Assembly (NCBI GenBank): GCA_044226015.1
Contig: JBGAHS010000009.1
Location: 32,001-96,000 of the forward strand
Source: Candidatus Obscuribacteraceae bacterium
GTDB lineage: Bacteria; Cyanobacteriota; Vampirovibrionia; Obscuribacterales; Obscuribacteraceae
Direction: 5' to 3'
DNA length: 64,000 nt
Made by a program: the position numbers and the translations under genes. Of the stretch, positions 19,143 through 29,946 are shown in pieces (position 1 is the stretch's first letter; each line of letters begins with the position of its first letter). The notes beneath the pieces were generated by a model that worked only from the letters and a program-made list of their open reading frames with translations, made no database searches and was not told where the DNA came from.

Positions 19143-21863
19143 ATGACAGGGCAAGTTCGTTTCTCTGAGATTACGACTGTTAAAGACGGTACGCTTGATT
19201 CACAATTATCTAAAGTAAATGATGGCGCGACAAGCGCGCTGCAATCACAATGGCAAGTCATTCGCGATGGAATGTCGCTGGGTGTTCAGTCTAGAGTCCA
19301 GCAAGCTGCTGATGACCCACTGCTCACCAGTGTCGAAATCGCTGGCTCGTTCGGGCTCGGTGCAGCCATGGGCTGGGCGATGAAAGCTGGCGGCAAATAT
19401 ACTCGTGCAGCTGAGATTGCTGGCGGTGCCATGATAGGCATTATGGGCATTGATCTGACCAGGCGCGCAATGAACATAAGTGATGTCTACTCACGCACCA
19501 CTGCTGATACTAGCTTTGGCCAAGCCATGCGAAGAGATGCTGTCGCTCAGTACGCGGGCGCAGGGCTCGTCGACTACTCGATGATGTTCGCGGCAGGTGG
19601 TCTCGGTTCGGCGTATGGACCGAAACTTGGTGCAAGAATGAGCACCGCTCTCGAATCACTTTCAACGAAAATGGTGCCGCTAGAACAGGGATTGCAGCCA
19701 GCGCTGCAGCCTGCTTTTGCACGACCTGGCTTCAGAATGGACCTCGGCGAAGTTGGTCGCCTTGGAGCCAAGGAAAGACTTTCAGCGAGTTCTGACCCCG
19801 TTACGGCGGCACGAGATAGATTGGAGTTTCCGCATCGTACTGTTGGTTTCGACCAATTGTCTGCGCTGATGGAAGCAAAACAAATCGCCGCGCATCCAGA
19901 GGTGAGACCTGTTTACGAACAGATGGCAGGTGTGCTTTCTAAGGTTGATACGATGAAGCCGCTGCTTTCGTCTGATGAAGCTGCGCTTGCAGGCTTAAAC
20001 AAGCAGGTCAGCGATATCAAACTGATGAAGCCCGAGGTACAGGCTGTTCGCACAGCTGAAAATGCATTGAACGGACTCAAGGCTGACATCGACCGTGTTC
20101 CGGAGCTGAGACAACAACAATCATCGCTGACTAGCCAGCTGCAAGAGCTGCGAGGCGGACCAGACGCGCCAAAGCGCGCCCCAGGTGAGGAAATGAGCCC
20201 TGCCGAGCAAGACTTGAGACAGCAACGAAGAGAAGTTATTGATTCAATAACAAACATTCAACAACGTGCAGGCGAAATGCCAAGCTATGAGCAACGGCTG
20301 GCTGCTGCCAATGAGGCGCTTGCTGCCCGACGAGCTTCAATTGAGTCAGGTAAGGACGCTCAGCTGCTAGAACTCGAAGGACAAATGCAGCCTTTGCGCC
20401 AATCTATCGAGGCTCGTAAGCTTGAGTTAGGTTCACTCACTGAGCAACTGAAAACATTAGACCTGACCTATCAACAGAAGTCCGATGCTGTTCGCCCAAC
20501 ACTGGCTGATTCTGCAGTAGATGCGCTTGGACCTGTTCCCAAATATACAAGACCGAAGATTGAGCCACCTGCAAGGGCTCCGAAAGTCGAGGCACCGAAG
20601 GCGGTGGCTGAGGCAAAAGTTGCTGAGCCGCAGGCTGTAGCGAAATCTGAGCCGCAGGCTGCAGCGAAACCTGAGCCGCAGGCTGTAGCGAAACCTGAGC
20701 CGCAGGCTGTAGCGAAACTTGAGCCGCAAGTTGCTGCAAAACCAGAGCAGGTTGCTGTTAAACCGGAGCAGGTTGCTGTTAAACCAGAGCAAGTTGCTGC
20801 TCGTGGAAACGCAGAAAAAGCAGCCCAAAGAGCACCAGAACCTCAAAGAGCTATCGAGCGCCAGGCTAATTCTGACTCAGCTCCAAAGCGCTTTGAAAGA
20901 CCCGCTGTAACTGAAAAGGACGTGAGTAATGCTTTGAGAGAAGCTAATCGAGCAGTCGATGATTTCAGCGCCACACTGAAGCGGCACACCACCGCTCTCA
21001 AACGGGTTCAGGACTATATTGATGCATCCTTCCAATGGTTCGCGAGTGACAAGAGTGCCGCCACTAATGGTGCCATTGCTCGTCAAACCATGCAGAACGT
21101 TGATCTAATGCTGGGCAAGCTCGAGAATTGGGAAAAGCCACCAGCATGGATTCGTCCTGCTGAAAGGGCTCAAGTTATGCAGCGCAACGGCTTTGATGCT
21201 GATGCGATGAAGGTCTATGATTCCTGGTTCCAGACTCAAAATAGATCATTCCACGAAACCTCAAACATGGTGCCAGAAGAACGCCTCATGGCTGTGCAAG
21301 ATCATCTATCTCGCAGGGTCGCTGTTGAGAGTGTAAAGAACTGGTTGAGGATTGCTCCGGACGCTAAGGCTGCTGTCAGCCCCATCGTTAATGAAGGATT
21401 CCAGCTGATGGCGAGCGGAAAGTTGCCTGATGGAAGAACGATTCCTAAGGGATCTGACCTCATGGTCTTCGAGCGGAAGACTGTGCGCACCAGCAATGGT
21501 GATAAAGAGGTTATTCTGCCATTCGCTAAAGAAGGTCAACACATTCAACGTTTTGATGATTTCCGCATTCGCGAGGGTCTGAACAAGCAACGGCTTATGA
21601 GTGAACAGGGTCCACAGGGTCTTGAACCAGAGCAACTTTATGCATTTCGTCTAGATCACGACCCGACAAGACTGACTCTCAGCAATGATCAGGTCGGTTA
21701 CGCAATATTGCGTCCGGGTGGCAAAGCTGGAAAGAACGTTCTGTTCATGAACTTCAAAGACGGCATCAAACCTGGAGATCTCAACCTCAGAGCAGATGCG
21801 CCAGGACAACCCGGAACAAACACAAACGTGATCTACAACATGCTTAAGGCAAAGCAACGCTGA
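19143..21863 (+). CDS. Large hypothetical protein: Gly-rich hydrophobic N-region, coiled coil, Pro/Ala repeat linker, unknown C-domain
   Basis: 906-aa ORF, AGGAG RBS, downstream terminator. Confidence 0.85.
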   Translation: MTGQVRFSEITTVKDGTLDSQLSKVNDGATSALQSQWQVIRDGMSLGVQSRVQQAADDPLLTSVEIAGSFGLGAAMGWAMKAGGKYTRAAEIAGGAMIGIMGIDLTRRAMNISDVYSRTTADTSFGQAMRRDAVAQYAGAGLVDYSMMFAAGGLGSAYGPKLGARMSTALESLSTKMVPLEQGLQPALQPAFARPGFRMDLGEVGRLGAKERLSASSDPVTAARDRLEFPHRTVGFDQLSALMEAKQIAAHPEVRPVYEQMAGVLSKVDTMKPLLSSDEAALAGLNKQVSDIKLMKPEVQAVRTAENALNGLKADIDRVPELRQQQSSLTSQLQELRGGPDAPKRAPGEEMSPAEQDLRQQRREVIDSITNIQQRAGEMPSYEQRLAAANEALAARRASIESGKDAQLLELEGQMQPLRQSIEARKLELGSLTEQLKTLDLTYQQKSDAVRPTLADSAVDALGPVPKYTRPKIEPPARAPKVEAPKAVAEAKVAEPQAVAKSEPQAAAKPEPQAVAKPEPQAVAKLEPQVAAKPEQVAVKPEQVAVKPEQVAARGNAEKAAQRAPEPQRAIERQANSDSAPKRFERPAVTEKDVSNALREANRAVDDFSATLKRHTTALKRVQDYIDASFQWFASDKSAATNGAIARQTMQNVDLMLGKLENWEKPPAWIRPAERAQVMQRNGFDADAMKVYDSWFQTQNRSFHETSNMVPEERLMAVQDHLSRRVAVESVKNWLRIAPDAKAAVSPIVNEGFQLMASGKLPDGRTIPKGSDLMVFERKTVRTSNGDKEVILPFAKEGQHIQRFDDFRIREGLNKQRLMSEQGPQGLEPEQLYAFRLDHDPTRLTLSNDQVGYAILRPGGKAGKNVLFMNFKDGIKPGDLNLRADAPGQPGTNTNVIYNMLKAKQR
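20622..20801 (+). repeat. Intragenic tandem repeats: 5 x 24 bp then ~3 x 21 bp
   Basis: cctgagccgcaggctgtagcgaaa (PEPQAVAK) and ccagagcaggttgctgttaaa (PEQVAVK) units. Confidence 0.9.
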
Positions 21864-21884
21864 TAGGAAGCCAGTCAGTCATTT

Positions 21885-21933
21885 GAGCCGTGTCTTTCTT
21901 GCATTCACTGCACAAAAGGTGCGGCTCTTTTTT
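21885..21933 (+). terminator. Intrinsic terminator
   Basis: gagccg...cggctc stem followed by T-tract. Confidence 0.7.
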
Positions 21934-22050
21934 GATCTCACGACCCTCTGCGAATCTACGTGAGTTCATATTCGGCGCCTGATCACATTGCCAATTCCTC
22001 CTATGAGTGAATTGCTTGTGCACTTATCGCATAGATGGTATGGACAGTTC

Positions 22051-23115
22051 TTAGCGGTTCACCATGCTGCGAGCAGGGTCTACCGCTGCAGTGCAATCAG
22101 TTCCGCGTTTGTTGCCGTGAAACAAGGCATAGAGTTGCTGCGATTCTAAGACAATATCTCGCAGCACTTCTGGTGAAATTGCTTGGGCTCCGTCGCTCAG
22201 CGCCTGCGTTGGGTTGTCGTGTACTTCGATGATTAGTCCATCGGCACCACTGGCGATGGCAGCCCTCGACATTACTTGTACGAGATCTTTTCTGCCTGTG
22301 CCATGACTTGGGTCTACCACGACAGGTAAAGAGCACATCTTCTTCAGCACAGCGACAGCACTGAGGTCCAGAGTGTTTCTTGTTTGAGTTTCGAAGGTTC
22401 GAATACCGCGTTCGCACAAAATGACTTTCAGATTACCCGCAGACAAAATGTACTCGGCCGCATCAAGCCACTCAGCAATAGTGGCTGACAGAGCGCGTTT
22501 CAGCAAAACAGGATGACTGCTCTTCCCTATTTCCTTCAACAATTCGTAGTTGTACATGTTGCGAGTGCCAACTTGAAGCATGTCGATGTACGGTTCTGCC
22601 ATCTCAACATGTTCGGGAGCCATCACTTCGCTGACCACAGGAAGACCGGTGCTCTTGCGTGCTTCATCCAGATATTGCAGACCTTCAAGACCTAAGCCCT
22701 GGAAATCGTATGGTGAGGTGCGTGGCTTGAATGCTCCGCCACGCAACATTTTTGCACCTGACTCTTTGACACGATTTGCTGTATGCAATATGTGCGCTTT
22801 GCCTTCAACTGAGCAAGGACCCGCCATAACCATGGGTACTTGACCTTCACCAATCTTCAGACCGCTAGCTAATTCTATTGGTGACAATGAAGCAGATGTG
22901 GCGACTGAGGCTTGACTGTGCAAGCGGATCACTTTGTCCACATAGGGAATCTGAGTGAACAAATGACCAGGGAGTTCGCTCACTTCTTCTTTCACGGAGA
23001 CGACGGTGCCCGATGCATTTTGCAGAACTTGCGGGGTCAAGTTCATCCGCTCAAGCCATGCGCAGACGGCGGCTACGTGGTCTTGACTTGCTTTCTTTTG
23101 GAGAACGAGAATCAC
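22051..23115 (-). CDS. aroF: DAHP synthase (type I-beta) with N-terminal regulatory domain
   Basis: [42 protein letters not shown]; probable GTG start 23115. Confidence 0.95.
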   Translation of the reverse strand: MILVLQKKASQDHVAAVCAWLERMNLTPQVLQNASGTVVSVKEEVSELPGHLFTQIPYVDKVIRLHSQASVATSASLSPIELASGLKIGEGQVPMVMAGPCSVEGKAHILHTANRVKESGAKMLRGGAFKPRTSPYDFQGLGLEGLQYLDEARKSTGLPVVSEVMAPEHVEMAEPYIDMLQVGTRNMYNYELLKEIGKSSHPVLLKRALSATIAEWLDAAEYILSAGNLKVILCERGIRTFETQTRNTLDLSAVAVLKKMCSLPVVVDPSHGTGRKDLVQVMSRAAIASGADGLIIEVHDNPTQALSDGAQAISPEVLRDIVLESQQLYALFHGNKRGTDCTAAVDPARSMVNR

Positions 23116-23243
23116 TTTAGACCTGTCAGATACCAATTTCGAATAGAATCTTAGTAGAAACCGATTCGGATCTGGCCGTTTTTCAAGAGTTTTGAACCTA
23201 TCCAATCCGGTAATTTTGTTTCATCTGCGAGCTTTTCTGTGAT

Positions 23244-24299
23244 TTGCTTAACAATGCAGCAAAATCTGTGGAGTCTCAAGTCAACTATGAGAGACTGCGC
23301 TGCATGAGTTTTCTGTTCAGCATCAAATGGTGGCGTGAGTCGTTTAGGTTCGTCCTGTGTCATGCAGGCGTATTTTTCATTCCAGCAATCTTGCTCGGAC
23401 TATCAAACATGTGTTCTGTCCTGGCTGACTCCCAGATGTGGACTGGTCTCGATCTAAGCGCATTCGACGGAAATGGAAATGCGGCTTTGGATAGCTTGCT
23501 TCGTGTTCTTGTTGTTGTTTTGCTTGAGAGCCTGGTAGGTTTGGTGTTAGGTTTGATAGCCTTGAGTTCATGGCTCGTCAATTTGACAGCTATTGCGAAA
23601 ATGCAATTACAGCATGCAAGCTCTCTCCCTATCGCCGATGCTATTGTGCAGGTGAAGCAAGACTCTAAACACTATGGCTTGGTCTGGTTAATTGGACTTC
23701 TGTATCTTATCGGTCCCGTCTTGCCAATGAGTGCACTGATAGCAGTCTCTACTCTTGCGCGTATGAATCTTCAGGCTTTCAATCAGCCACTAGTGGCGAT
23801 ACCACCTGAATTTATATTGCCGATAAACCTGCTTGCCGGCATTTTGTTTCTTCTAGTATTGAACTACTGCTTTATCCTTACTGTAGTGTCGACTACAGGG
23901 CTTAGTGCCAAGGGTGCAAACGATGCAACCATGAAAGTAATGTTGTCGTCAGTGAAGCAGGTTCTTCTGCTTGATTTATTTGTACTCTTGATAGATGTTT
24001 TGCTATCGTGCGGACCACTTCTGATTGAGTATCTGCCTGCTTTTCAACACCTTTCTAGAAATCTGCCTTACAACTTATTCGCGCAAGCCTGGCTAGCGCT
24101 GAGCAGCATAATCGCATGGCCGCTGACTCTGCTGATGTTTGCACGCCTTATTGATTCTGAGCTTGAGTCTAAACCGGAAGCTTTTATGAACAAGAGAAGT
24201 AATGCAAGTGATTTGGCTAGAGATGCAAGCAGAAAAGATGTTTCACAGGAAATCAATGAATCTGCTGACGCAAATGAAAGCAGTTTGGAGAAACAGTAA
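23244..24299 (+). CDS. Multi-pass membrane protein
   Basis: ~6 TM; stop overlaps next start (TAATG); true start possibly 23304. Confidence 0.75.
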   Translation: MLNNAAKSVESQVNYERLRCMSFLFSIKWWRESFRFVLCHAGVFFIPAILLGLSNMCSVLADSQMWTGLDLSAFDGNGNAALDSLLRVLVVVLLESLVGLVLGLIALSSWLVNLTAIAKMQLQHASSLPIADAIVQVKQDSKHYGLVWLIGLLYLIGPVLPMSALIAVSTLARMNLQAFNQPLVAIPPEFILPINLLAGILFLLVLNYCFILTVVSTTGLSAKGANDATMKVMLSSVKQVLLLDLFVLLIDVLLSCGPLLIEYLPAFQHLSRNLPYNLFAQAWLALSSIIAWPLTLLMFARLIDSELESKPEAFMNKRSNASDLARDASRKDVSQEINESADANESSLEKQ

Positions 24300-25477
24300 T
24301 GCAATCTGCATCGACGAATTATGCGCAAGAAGATAAAGGGGAACCATTGGAGCTGGCATGTTTAAGTGATCCTTTTAATTCGTTCAGTCGTATTTCAGGT
24401 CTTCTGAGTTTTAACTTGCAAGACTTCGGGCGTGATTCTTCTGAAAATTTTTTGCTGTTCAATGCGTCAACAGCAGCTTCTGAACAGGAAGGAATTTCTG
24501 CCGCCGGTGCCGATGCTGTTTCCAGGCGCTTGACTCCGGCTTTAGACGCTGAGGTCTTGCTAGATGGAACCACGCTGTCGGCAGCATCGTTGCCAGTGTC
24601 ACCAAAAGGAATTGCATCTCCAGTGGTGCTCACTTGGGCTTGCCTGAATTTGCTGAAAATGAAAGCAAAAGTATTTGACTGTGGAAGCTTTTACAGTCCT
24701 AAAGTAGAGCATCAGTTGATATCAAATCTGCTTGCTCAGTGTCCTTCAAGCGGGGCTGCACTTCCTGCAGCTCACGTGGACGAGCTTTTCCAAGTCGGTA
24801 AATCCATAGGAGCTGATTTTGCAAAGAACAATCCATTTATAGTGATGGCTGAATGTGTTCCCGGTGGAACTACCACTGCCATGGCTGTTCTAACTGCTAT
24901 TGGATTTGATGTTTCAGGCTTGTTATCGAGCAGTTTGCCTCTGTCTAACCACAGGCAGCGGTATGCGTTGGTCGAAAAAGGGCTGGCGCAGAGATCCTTC
25001 TCGCAGAAAGATTGCCAGGAGAATGCTCTGTTAGCAATTGCATGTGTTGGCGACCCTATGCAGGCTGTCCTTGCGGGAGCAGCTCTAGAAGCTGCTCGCC
25101 ACGTGCCTGTTATTCTTGCCGGCGGCTCTCAAATGCTGGCAGTTTGGGCCGTCCTCAAGGCGATCGCGGAAAAATGTTCAGATGCAAAATGCCTTGAGAA
25201 TATTTTTGTAGTTACTACTAAATGGGTAGCATTCGATGGCTCAGCAAACGTCAGAGAGTTAGCTGCGATGCTACAGGCACCTCTTGCGGCTGCCTGTCCT
25301 GATTTCAAGAAATCGGTGCATTTTGGCTTGCGGGCTTACGAAGAGGGAAATGTAAAAGAAGGTGTTGGTGCTGGCGCTTGCCTGGGGCTAACTCGGTTAG
25401 CCTCAATCAGTGAAAGTCTTGTGATGAGTGCGATTGATGAGGCATACGAAAGACTGGTGCAATCAAATCGCTCGTAA
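24299..25477 (+). CDS. cobT: Nicotinate-mononucleotide-dependent phosphoribosyltransferase CobT (archaeal/cyanobacterial type)
   Basis: GISAAGA, LTPALDAE, ECVPGGTTTA, VGDPMQ, LAGGSQM, YEEGNVKEGVGAG. Confidence 0.88.
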   Translation: MQSASTNYAQEDKGEPLELACLSDPFNSFSRISGLLSFNLQDFGRDSSENFLLFNASTAASEQEGISAAGADAVSRRLTPALDAEVLLDGTTLSAASLPVSPKGIASPVVLTWACLNLLKMKAKVFDCGSFYSPKVEHQLISNLLAQCPSSGAALPAAHVDELFQVGKSIGADFAKNNPFIVMAECVPGGTTTAMAVLTAIGFDVSGLLSSSLPLSNHRQRYALVEKGLAQRSFSQKDCQENALLAIACVGDPMQAVLAGAALEAARHVPVILAGGSQMLAVWAVLKAIAEKCSDAKCLENIFVVTTKWVAFDGSANVRELAAMLQAPLAAACPDFKKSVHFGLRAYEEGNVKEGVGAGACLGLTRLASISESLVMSAIDEAYERLVQSNRS

Positions 25478-25568
25478 GTATGATTGCGCAATTTGTTTTG
25501 GATGCTGCATACGAGCACTGATTTTTGCTGCTGCATACGGGGCCGAACATGAGTTTGTAGCAACGATA

Positions 25569-27032
25569 TTAGTCTGAGACGCAGTTGCGTCCCTTTTCTT
25601 TGGCACGAATAAGCGCGTCTTTGGCGTCTTTTATGATCGCCTCTGGTGCTACGTCTTTGTGATTGAATTGAGCGCAGCCTACGCTGATAGTCACACGCGC
25701 ATTCTTCTTTCCTGCCTCATCTTTCGGATTTAGCTTCTCCGCTTCACTGCGCAACTTCTCGCCGAGTATGGCGGCGCCTTTTAGATCTGTATTCGGCAAA
25801 ACAATCACGAACTGATCGCCGCTATATCTCGCCATGAGATCGCTAGATCTGATGCAAGAGCTGAGTCTTTCAGCCAGTGTTTTTAGCAAGAGGTTGCCTG
25901 TATCAGAACCGTATTGCGCTGCAAGGCCGACGAATCCATCCACATCTATAATGCACAAACCGACATCGAGCTTTTGTCTTTGTGAAAATAAGAGTTGCTG
26001 TTGCAGATAGCCCATGAAAAATTCCATGTTATAGAGTCCGGAAATCGGGTCTACCATCGACCAGTAGCTAGCCTGAGCTTCGAGCACCTGGTACTTGTCC
26101 TTTTCGATAAGCAATTGCATTACTGGTGCAATTTGATCTTTCAAAAGTTCCAACGATGTTTTGAGAACATTATCGATATCTTTATCGCTTGTCCAACCGA
26201 TCAAAATAGCACCAAGGCTGGTGCCATCAGGTGCTGGAATTGTCAGAATTCTTGCTTTTTGGAGTTGCGCTCCTTTCTTGTCCGCTGCCTCACCATAAAA
26301 GTTTGCAGGAATTTGTGCTGACAAGCCGACCGACAAGAGAGCATTCTTTATCATCTTGATCAAAATCTCGTCGTTTATAGATTTTGTGGCGTGATAAACG
26401 CTCCAGGGTGACGGTCCAAGGCAGATAATTCCGCAGATATCTGGCTTGAAAAGTCGGGATAGAAGGTCGAAAAAATCAGTCGTGAACTCGGTCTTGTCAT
26501 GTACAGTGGCGTGAAGTTTTCGCGTGTAATGCCGTAGCAACCTTTCTGCGAGCAATCCATTAAGTAGTTCGCCAAAGCTCTTGATCAAGTCGGCGCTACC
26601 AAAGGTTCCTGTGATTACTGGTTCATTGTCGATTTGTTCAACGGTTAAACCCTGAGGATTCTTTTCTGCGAGTTTTCTTATGAACTTGACTGAATCTTGT
26701 TCATTTTGTTCAACCTGCTGTCTTCTTAGAACGGCATCAGCAAGGCTTGCTCGCGACCAGAAACTGTCTTGCAACTCTGAGGCAACAATGACAATAGGAA
26801 GTGCACTTGTAACAGGGGTGGACTTCAGTAAGCAGGATAATTGGAATGCCGTGATGTCAGGTAGATGCGTGCACATCACTATTATGTGAGCGCCGGAATT
26901 AATGAGCTCGTCAAGTGCATCAAAGCCGCTTGTACAAACACTCACCTGGCAACCGTTTTGCTTGAGACATTCTCTCAAGACCGCCATTGGGTCATTAGGA
27001 TTCTCAACGAGAATTACCTTGATTTCCACCAT
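25569..27032 (-). CDS. Receiver + GGDEF-domain protein with degenerate motifs
   Basis: N-terminal REC fold; DPISGLYN, IIDVDGF, RSSD I-site, RYSGDQF, AKEKGRN; ATG at 27032. Confidence 0.88.
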   Translation of the reverse strand: MVEIKVILVENPNDPMAVLRECLKQNGCQVSVCTSGFDALDELINSGAHIIVMCTHLPDITAFQLSCLLKSTPVTSALPIVIVASELQDSFWSRASLADAVLRRQQVEQNEQDSVKFIRKLAEKNPQGLTVEQIDNEPVITGTFGSADLIKSFGELLNGLLAERLLRHYTRKLHATVHDKTEFTTDFFDLLSRLFKPDICGIICLGPSPWSVYHATKSINDEILIKMIKNALLSVGLSAQIPANFYGEAADKKGAQLQKARILTIPAPDGTSLGAILIGWTSDKDIDNVLKTSLELLKDQIAPVMQLLIEKDKYQVLEAQASYWSMVDPISGLYNMEFFMGYLQQQLLFSQRQKLDVGLCIIDVDGFVGLAAQYGSDTGNLLLKTLAERLSSCIRSSDLMARYSGDQFVIVLPNTDLKGAAILGEKLRSEAEKLNPKDEAGKKNARVTISVGCAQFNHKDVAPEAIIKDAKDALIRAKEKGRNCVSD

Positions 27033-27257
27033 TTGACCCCGATGTCCCCTGAACGCTAAAGAGATCCCTAATTTTAAACCAAAGTCTGCCACTTGAAGCG
27101 AAATTGAGACATTTAGAGAACAGTCAATTTTAGCCACCTGCATAATAGCCCTATATTGATGCTATTATTTTCCCGCTGAACTGGCTTAGGGCCGGCAACT
27201 AGGTAAGGTCGGAAGAAGACCGACCAAGAAAACGCATTTGCAAAGACGAGGAAATAA

Positions 27258-28436
27258 ATGGTCGCTGGTACAGATTTAAAAGAATCGCCGCTATCCTTTG
27301 CGCTAACTGACGAACAGCGTGACATCCAGGCGATGGTTAGAGACTTGGCTGAAAAAGAATTCGCTCCTCGGGCGGCTGAGGTTGATCGCAACCACCGCTT
27401 TCCGCGAGAGAATTTCGAACTCCTCGGAGCTTCTGATCTTTGCGGGCTTGTGTTTCCAGAAGAGTATGGCGGGGTTGGTCTTGACCACGTTTCTTACGCC
27501 ATCGTAGTAGAAGAACTGGCAAAAGCCTGTGCGACGACTTCAGTGCTGTATTCAGCGCATGTTTCACTCACAGGGTCACCAGTTTTGATCTGGGGTAATG
27601 AAGAACAAAAACAACGTTTCCTCGCACCAATGGCTCGTGGAGAGAAGCTTGGTGCCTTCGCGCTTTCAGAGCCAGGAAATGGTTCGGACTCTGCCGCCGC
27701 TTCTTGCAAGGCCGAACTAAAAGGCGACCATTTTATTGTGAACGGTTCGAAGAATTGGATCACCAATGGTATCGAAGCTGACTACTATCTGGTCATCGCG
27801 CAGACTGACTCTGCTCTTAAGCACAAAGGACTGGTTGCGTTGATGATTGAGAAGGGCTCTCCAGGATTTACCTTTGGAAAACTTGAAGACAAGCTCGGCA
27901 TTCGTGGTTCATCAACCTGTCAAATCATTTTTGAAGACACTCCGGTGCCTGTCGCCAATATGCTCGGCAAAATTGGTGATGGATTCAAAGTCGCTATGAG
28001 TACTTTAGATGGTGGTCGAATTGGAATTGCTGCTCAGGCTGTCGGTATAGCGCAGGGCGCTTGGAACCACGCATACAAGTATGCGCAAGAGCGTGAAGCT
28101 TTCGGTAAACCAATCGCCAAGCTGCAAGCCATCCAATTCATGCTTACAGAAATGCAAACTGAAATCGATGCAGCGCGCATGCTCACTTTCAACGCTGCTG
28201 TGGCGAAAGACATGGGTGCTCGATTTACGAAAGAAGCAGCAGTTGCAAAATTGTATGCGTCCGAAGTAGCTATGCGAAGCACAGTTAAATGTGTGCAGAT
28301 TTTTGGTGGATATGGGTATGTTACAGACTATCCCGCTGAGCGATACATGCGCGATGCGAAGATTACCGAAATCTACGAAGGAACCTCGGAAATTCAACGT
28401 TTGGTAATAGCAAGCAATCTACTCAAAGGACAATAG
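27258..28436 (+). CDS. Acyl-CoA dehydrogenase (short-chain/butyryl-CoA type)
   Basis: FALSEPGNGSD, NGSKNWITNG, KLGIRGSST, QIFGGYGY, IYEGTSEIQR. Confidence 0.95.
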   Translation: MVAGTDLKESPLSFALTDEQRDIQAMVRDLAEKEFAPRAAEVDRNHRFPRENFELLGASDLCGLVFPEEYGGVGLDHVSYAIVVEELAKACATTSVLYSAHVSLTGSPVLIWGNEEQKQRFLAPMARGEKLGAFALSEPGNGSDSAAASCKAELKGDHFIVNGSKNWITNGIEADYYLVIAQTDSALKHKGLVALMIEKGSPGFTFGKLEDKLGIRGSSTCQIIFEDTPVPVANMLGKIGDGFKVAMSTLDGGRIGIAAQAVGIAQGAWNHAYKYAQEREAFGKPIAKLQAIQFMLTEMQTEIDAARMLTFNAAVAKDMGARFTKEAAVAKLYASEVAMRSTVKCVQIFGGYGYVTDYPAERYMRDAKITEIYEGTSEIQRLVIASNLLKGQ

Positions 28437-28438
28437 AA

Positions 28439-29140
28439 ATGACCTGGCAACCACCACCTCCTCCTCCAAAACCAGGTCCGGGACCCCAAGGACCCGGAGC
28501 GCCCGCGGCAAGACAGACCTTCTACGATATCTTGCAGGTTACCCCAAACGCGCATCCCACAATTATTCGCTATGCCTACAGATTTCTTGCAGGTATCTAT
28601 CATCCAGACAATACTGAAACAGGTAATGCTGAAGTTTTCAGAACTATCTCAGAAGCATTCAAGACCCTGTCTGATGGAGGACGCCGTGCTGCCTATGATG
28701 CGCATCTAGGTCCATTGCTTCAAAAAGAAAAGGAAGCTGCGGCTGCCGCCACAGGTGGTGCTTCCAAGGTTAGTAGTTCAATTCCACAGTTTGAGAGGAC
28801 TTCTCTCTCATACAACGAAATTGAATTGCGTCTCGCCATTTTGCAGCTACTTTTGCAAGCGCGCAAGAAGCGTGTTCAAACTGGCGGATGCAGCGCAAAA
28901 ACTCTTATGGACGTTCTCGGCGTTGATATGGGTGAGATGGAGTTTGCTCTCTGGTATCTCCGTGAAAGAGGCTATGTTGAGCGTGCTGAAGCTTTGTTTT
29001 TGATCACCGTATCTGGTGTTGATTACATTGTTGACTCGTTGACGAAAACACAAATTATTGACGAAGGTCCGAGGAACGTGCCGAATTATCCAGGCGGCGG
29101 CGGAAGTTCACCAAACCTCCCAACTATCCCCTCTCGCTAA
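28439..29140 (+). CDS. J-domain protein with probable C-terminal winged helix
   Basis: FYDILQV, YHPD, EAFKTLSD..RRAAYD; C-terminal LWYLRERGYV...ITVSG. Confidence 0.85.
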   Translation: MTWQPPPPPPKPGPGPQGPGAPAARQTFYDILQVTPNAHPTIIRYAYRFLAGIYHPDNTETGNAEVFRTISEAFKTLSDGGRRAAYDAHLGPLLQKEKEAAAAATGGASKVSSSIPQFERTSLSYNEIELRLAILQLLLQARKKRVQTGGCSAKTLMDVLGVDMGEMEFALWYLRERGYVERAEALFLITVSGVDYIVDSLTKTQIIDEGPRNVPNYPGGGGSSPNLPTIPSR

Positions 29141-29141
29141 T

Positions 29142-29945
29142 TCACTTCTTCTCGTAAATTCGTTGCCCATCAGGGTGCTTTTTGAACCTCTCTACTATTG
29201 GGTGGAGGGCTAGCGTTTCTTTGCTTCCGAGGATAAGGTAACCTCCAGGTGCAAGACTATCGTAAAGCAGGTTCAAGACCTTGGTTTGCAATGTGTTATC
29301 GAAATAGATTAGTACATTTCTGCAAAGAACGATGTCGAACTCGTTAAAGGTGGCATCGGTGTTCAGATTGTGGTGCGAGAAAGTGATTCTATTTTTGAGC
29401 ATCTCGCGAATTGCCGCATGACCGTATGCTGCGGAATAATAGTCGGAAAACTCGTACTGTCCTCCAGCTAGCTGGTAATTGTGAGTGTATTTTTGCATGG
29501 CTTGAATGGTGTAAACACCCTTCTTTGCTATGTGCAGCGATTGGTCGTTAAAGTCGGTTGCATAGATGCGACTTCTTGCATACATCTTCTCTTCCCAGAG
29601 CAAGATTGCTAGCGAATAGGGCTCTTCTCCCGTTGAGCAACCTGCACTCCAGATTTTTATTGAGCCAAGCTCAGCATACTTTGGTAATATTTCTGTTCGC
29701 AGTTTCAGGAACATATCAGGGTCACGAAACATGCTTGTGGTGGGTATCGCAATGGCTTGAATCAGGCGTTCACTTAGTGACTCATTGGAGTATAGCGCTT
29801 TGGCTAAGCCCTTGAGACCATCTAGCTTTTCTCTATCGGCAAATCGCTCTAGCCTCCGCTCAACAGAATTTGAGACGTAGTTACGAAAGTCGTAGCCACT
29901 CTTTTTATAAATATGTTCGAGTAGGTCTAAAAGCTCTTGGGACAT
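29142..29945 (-). CDS. cheR: CheR-type protein-glutamate O-methyltransferase
   Basis: GYDFRNY, TSMFRD, IWSAGCSTGEEPYS, IYATD, CRNVLIYF. Confidence 0.93.
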   Translation of the reverse strand: MSQELLDLLEHIYKKSGYDFRNYVSNSVERRLERFADREKLDGLKGLAKALYSNESLSERLIQAIAIPTTSMFRDPDMFLKLRTEILPKYAELGSIKIWSAGCSTGEEPYSLAILLWEEKMYARSRIYATDFNDQSLHIAKKGVYTIQAMQKYTHNYQLAGGQYEFSDYYSAAYGHAAIREMLKNRITFSHHNLNTDATFNEFDIVLCRNVLIYFDNTLQTKVLNLLYDSLAPGGYLILGSKETLALHPIVERFKKHPDGQRIYEKK

Positions 29946-29946
29946 T

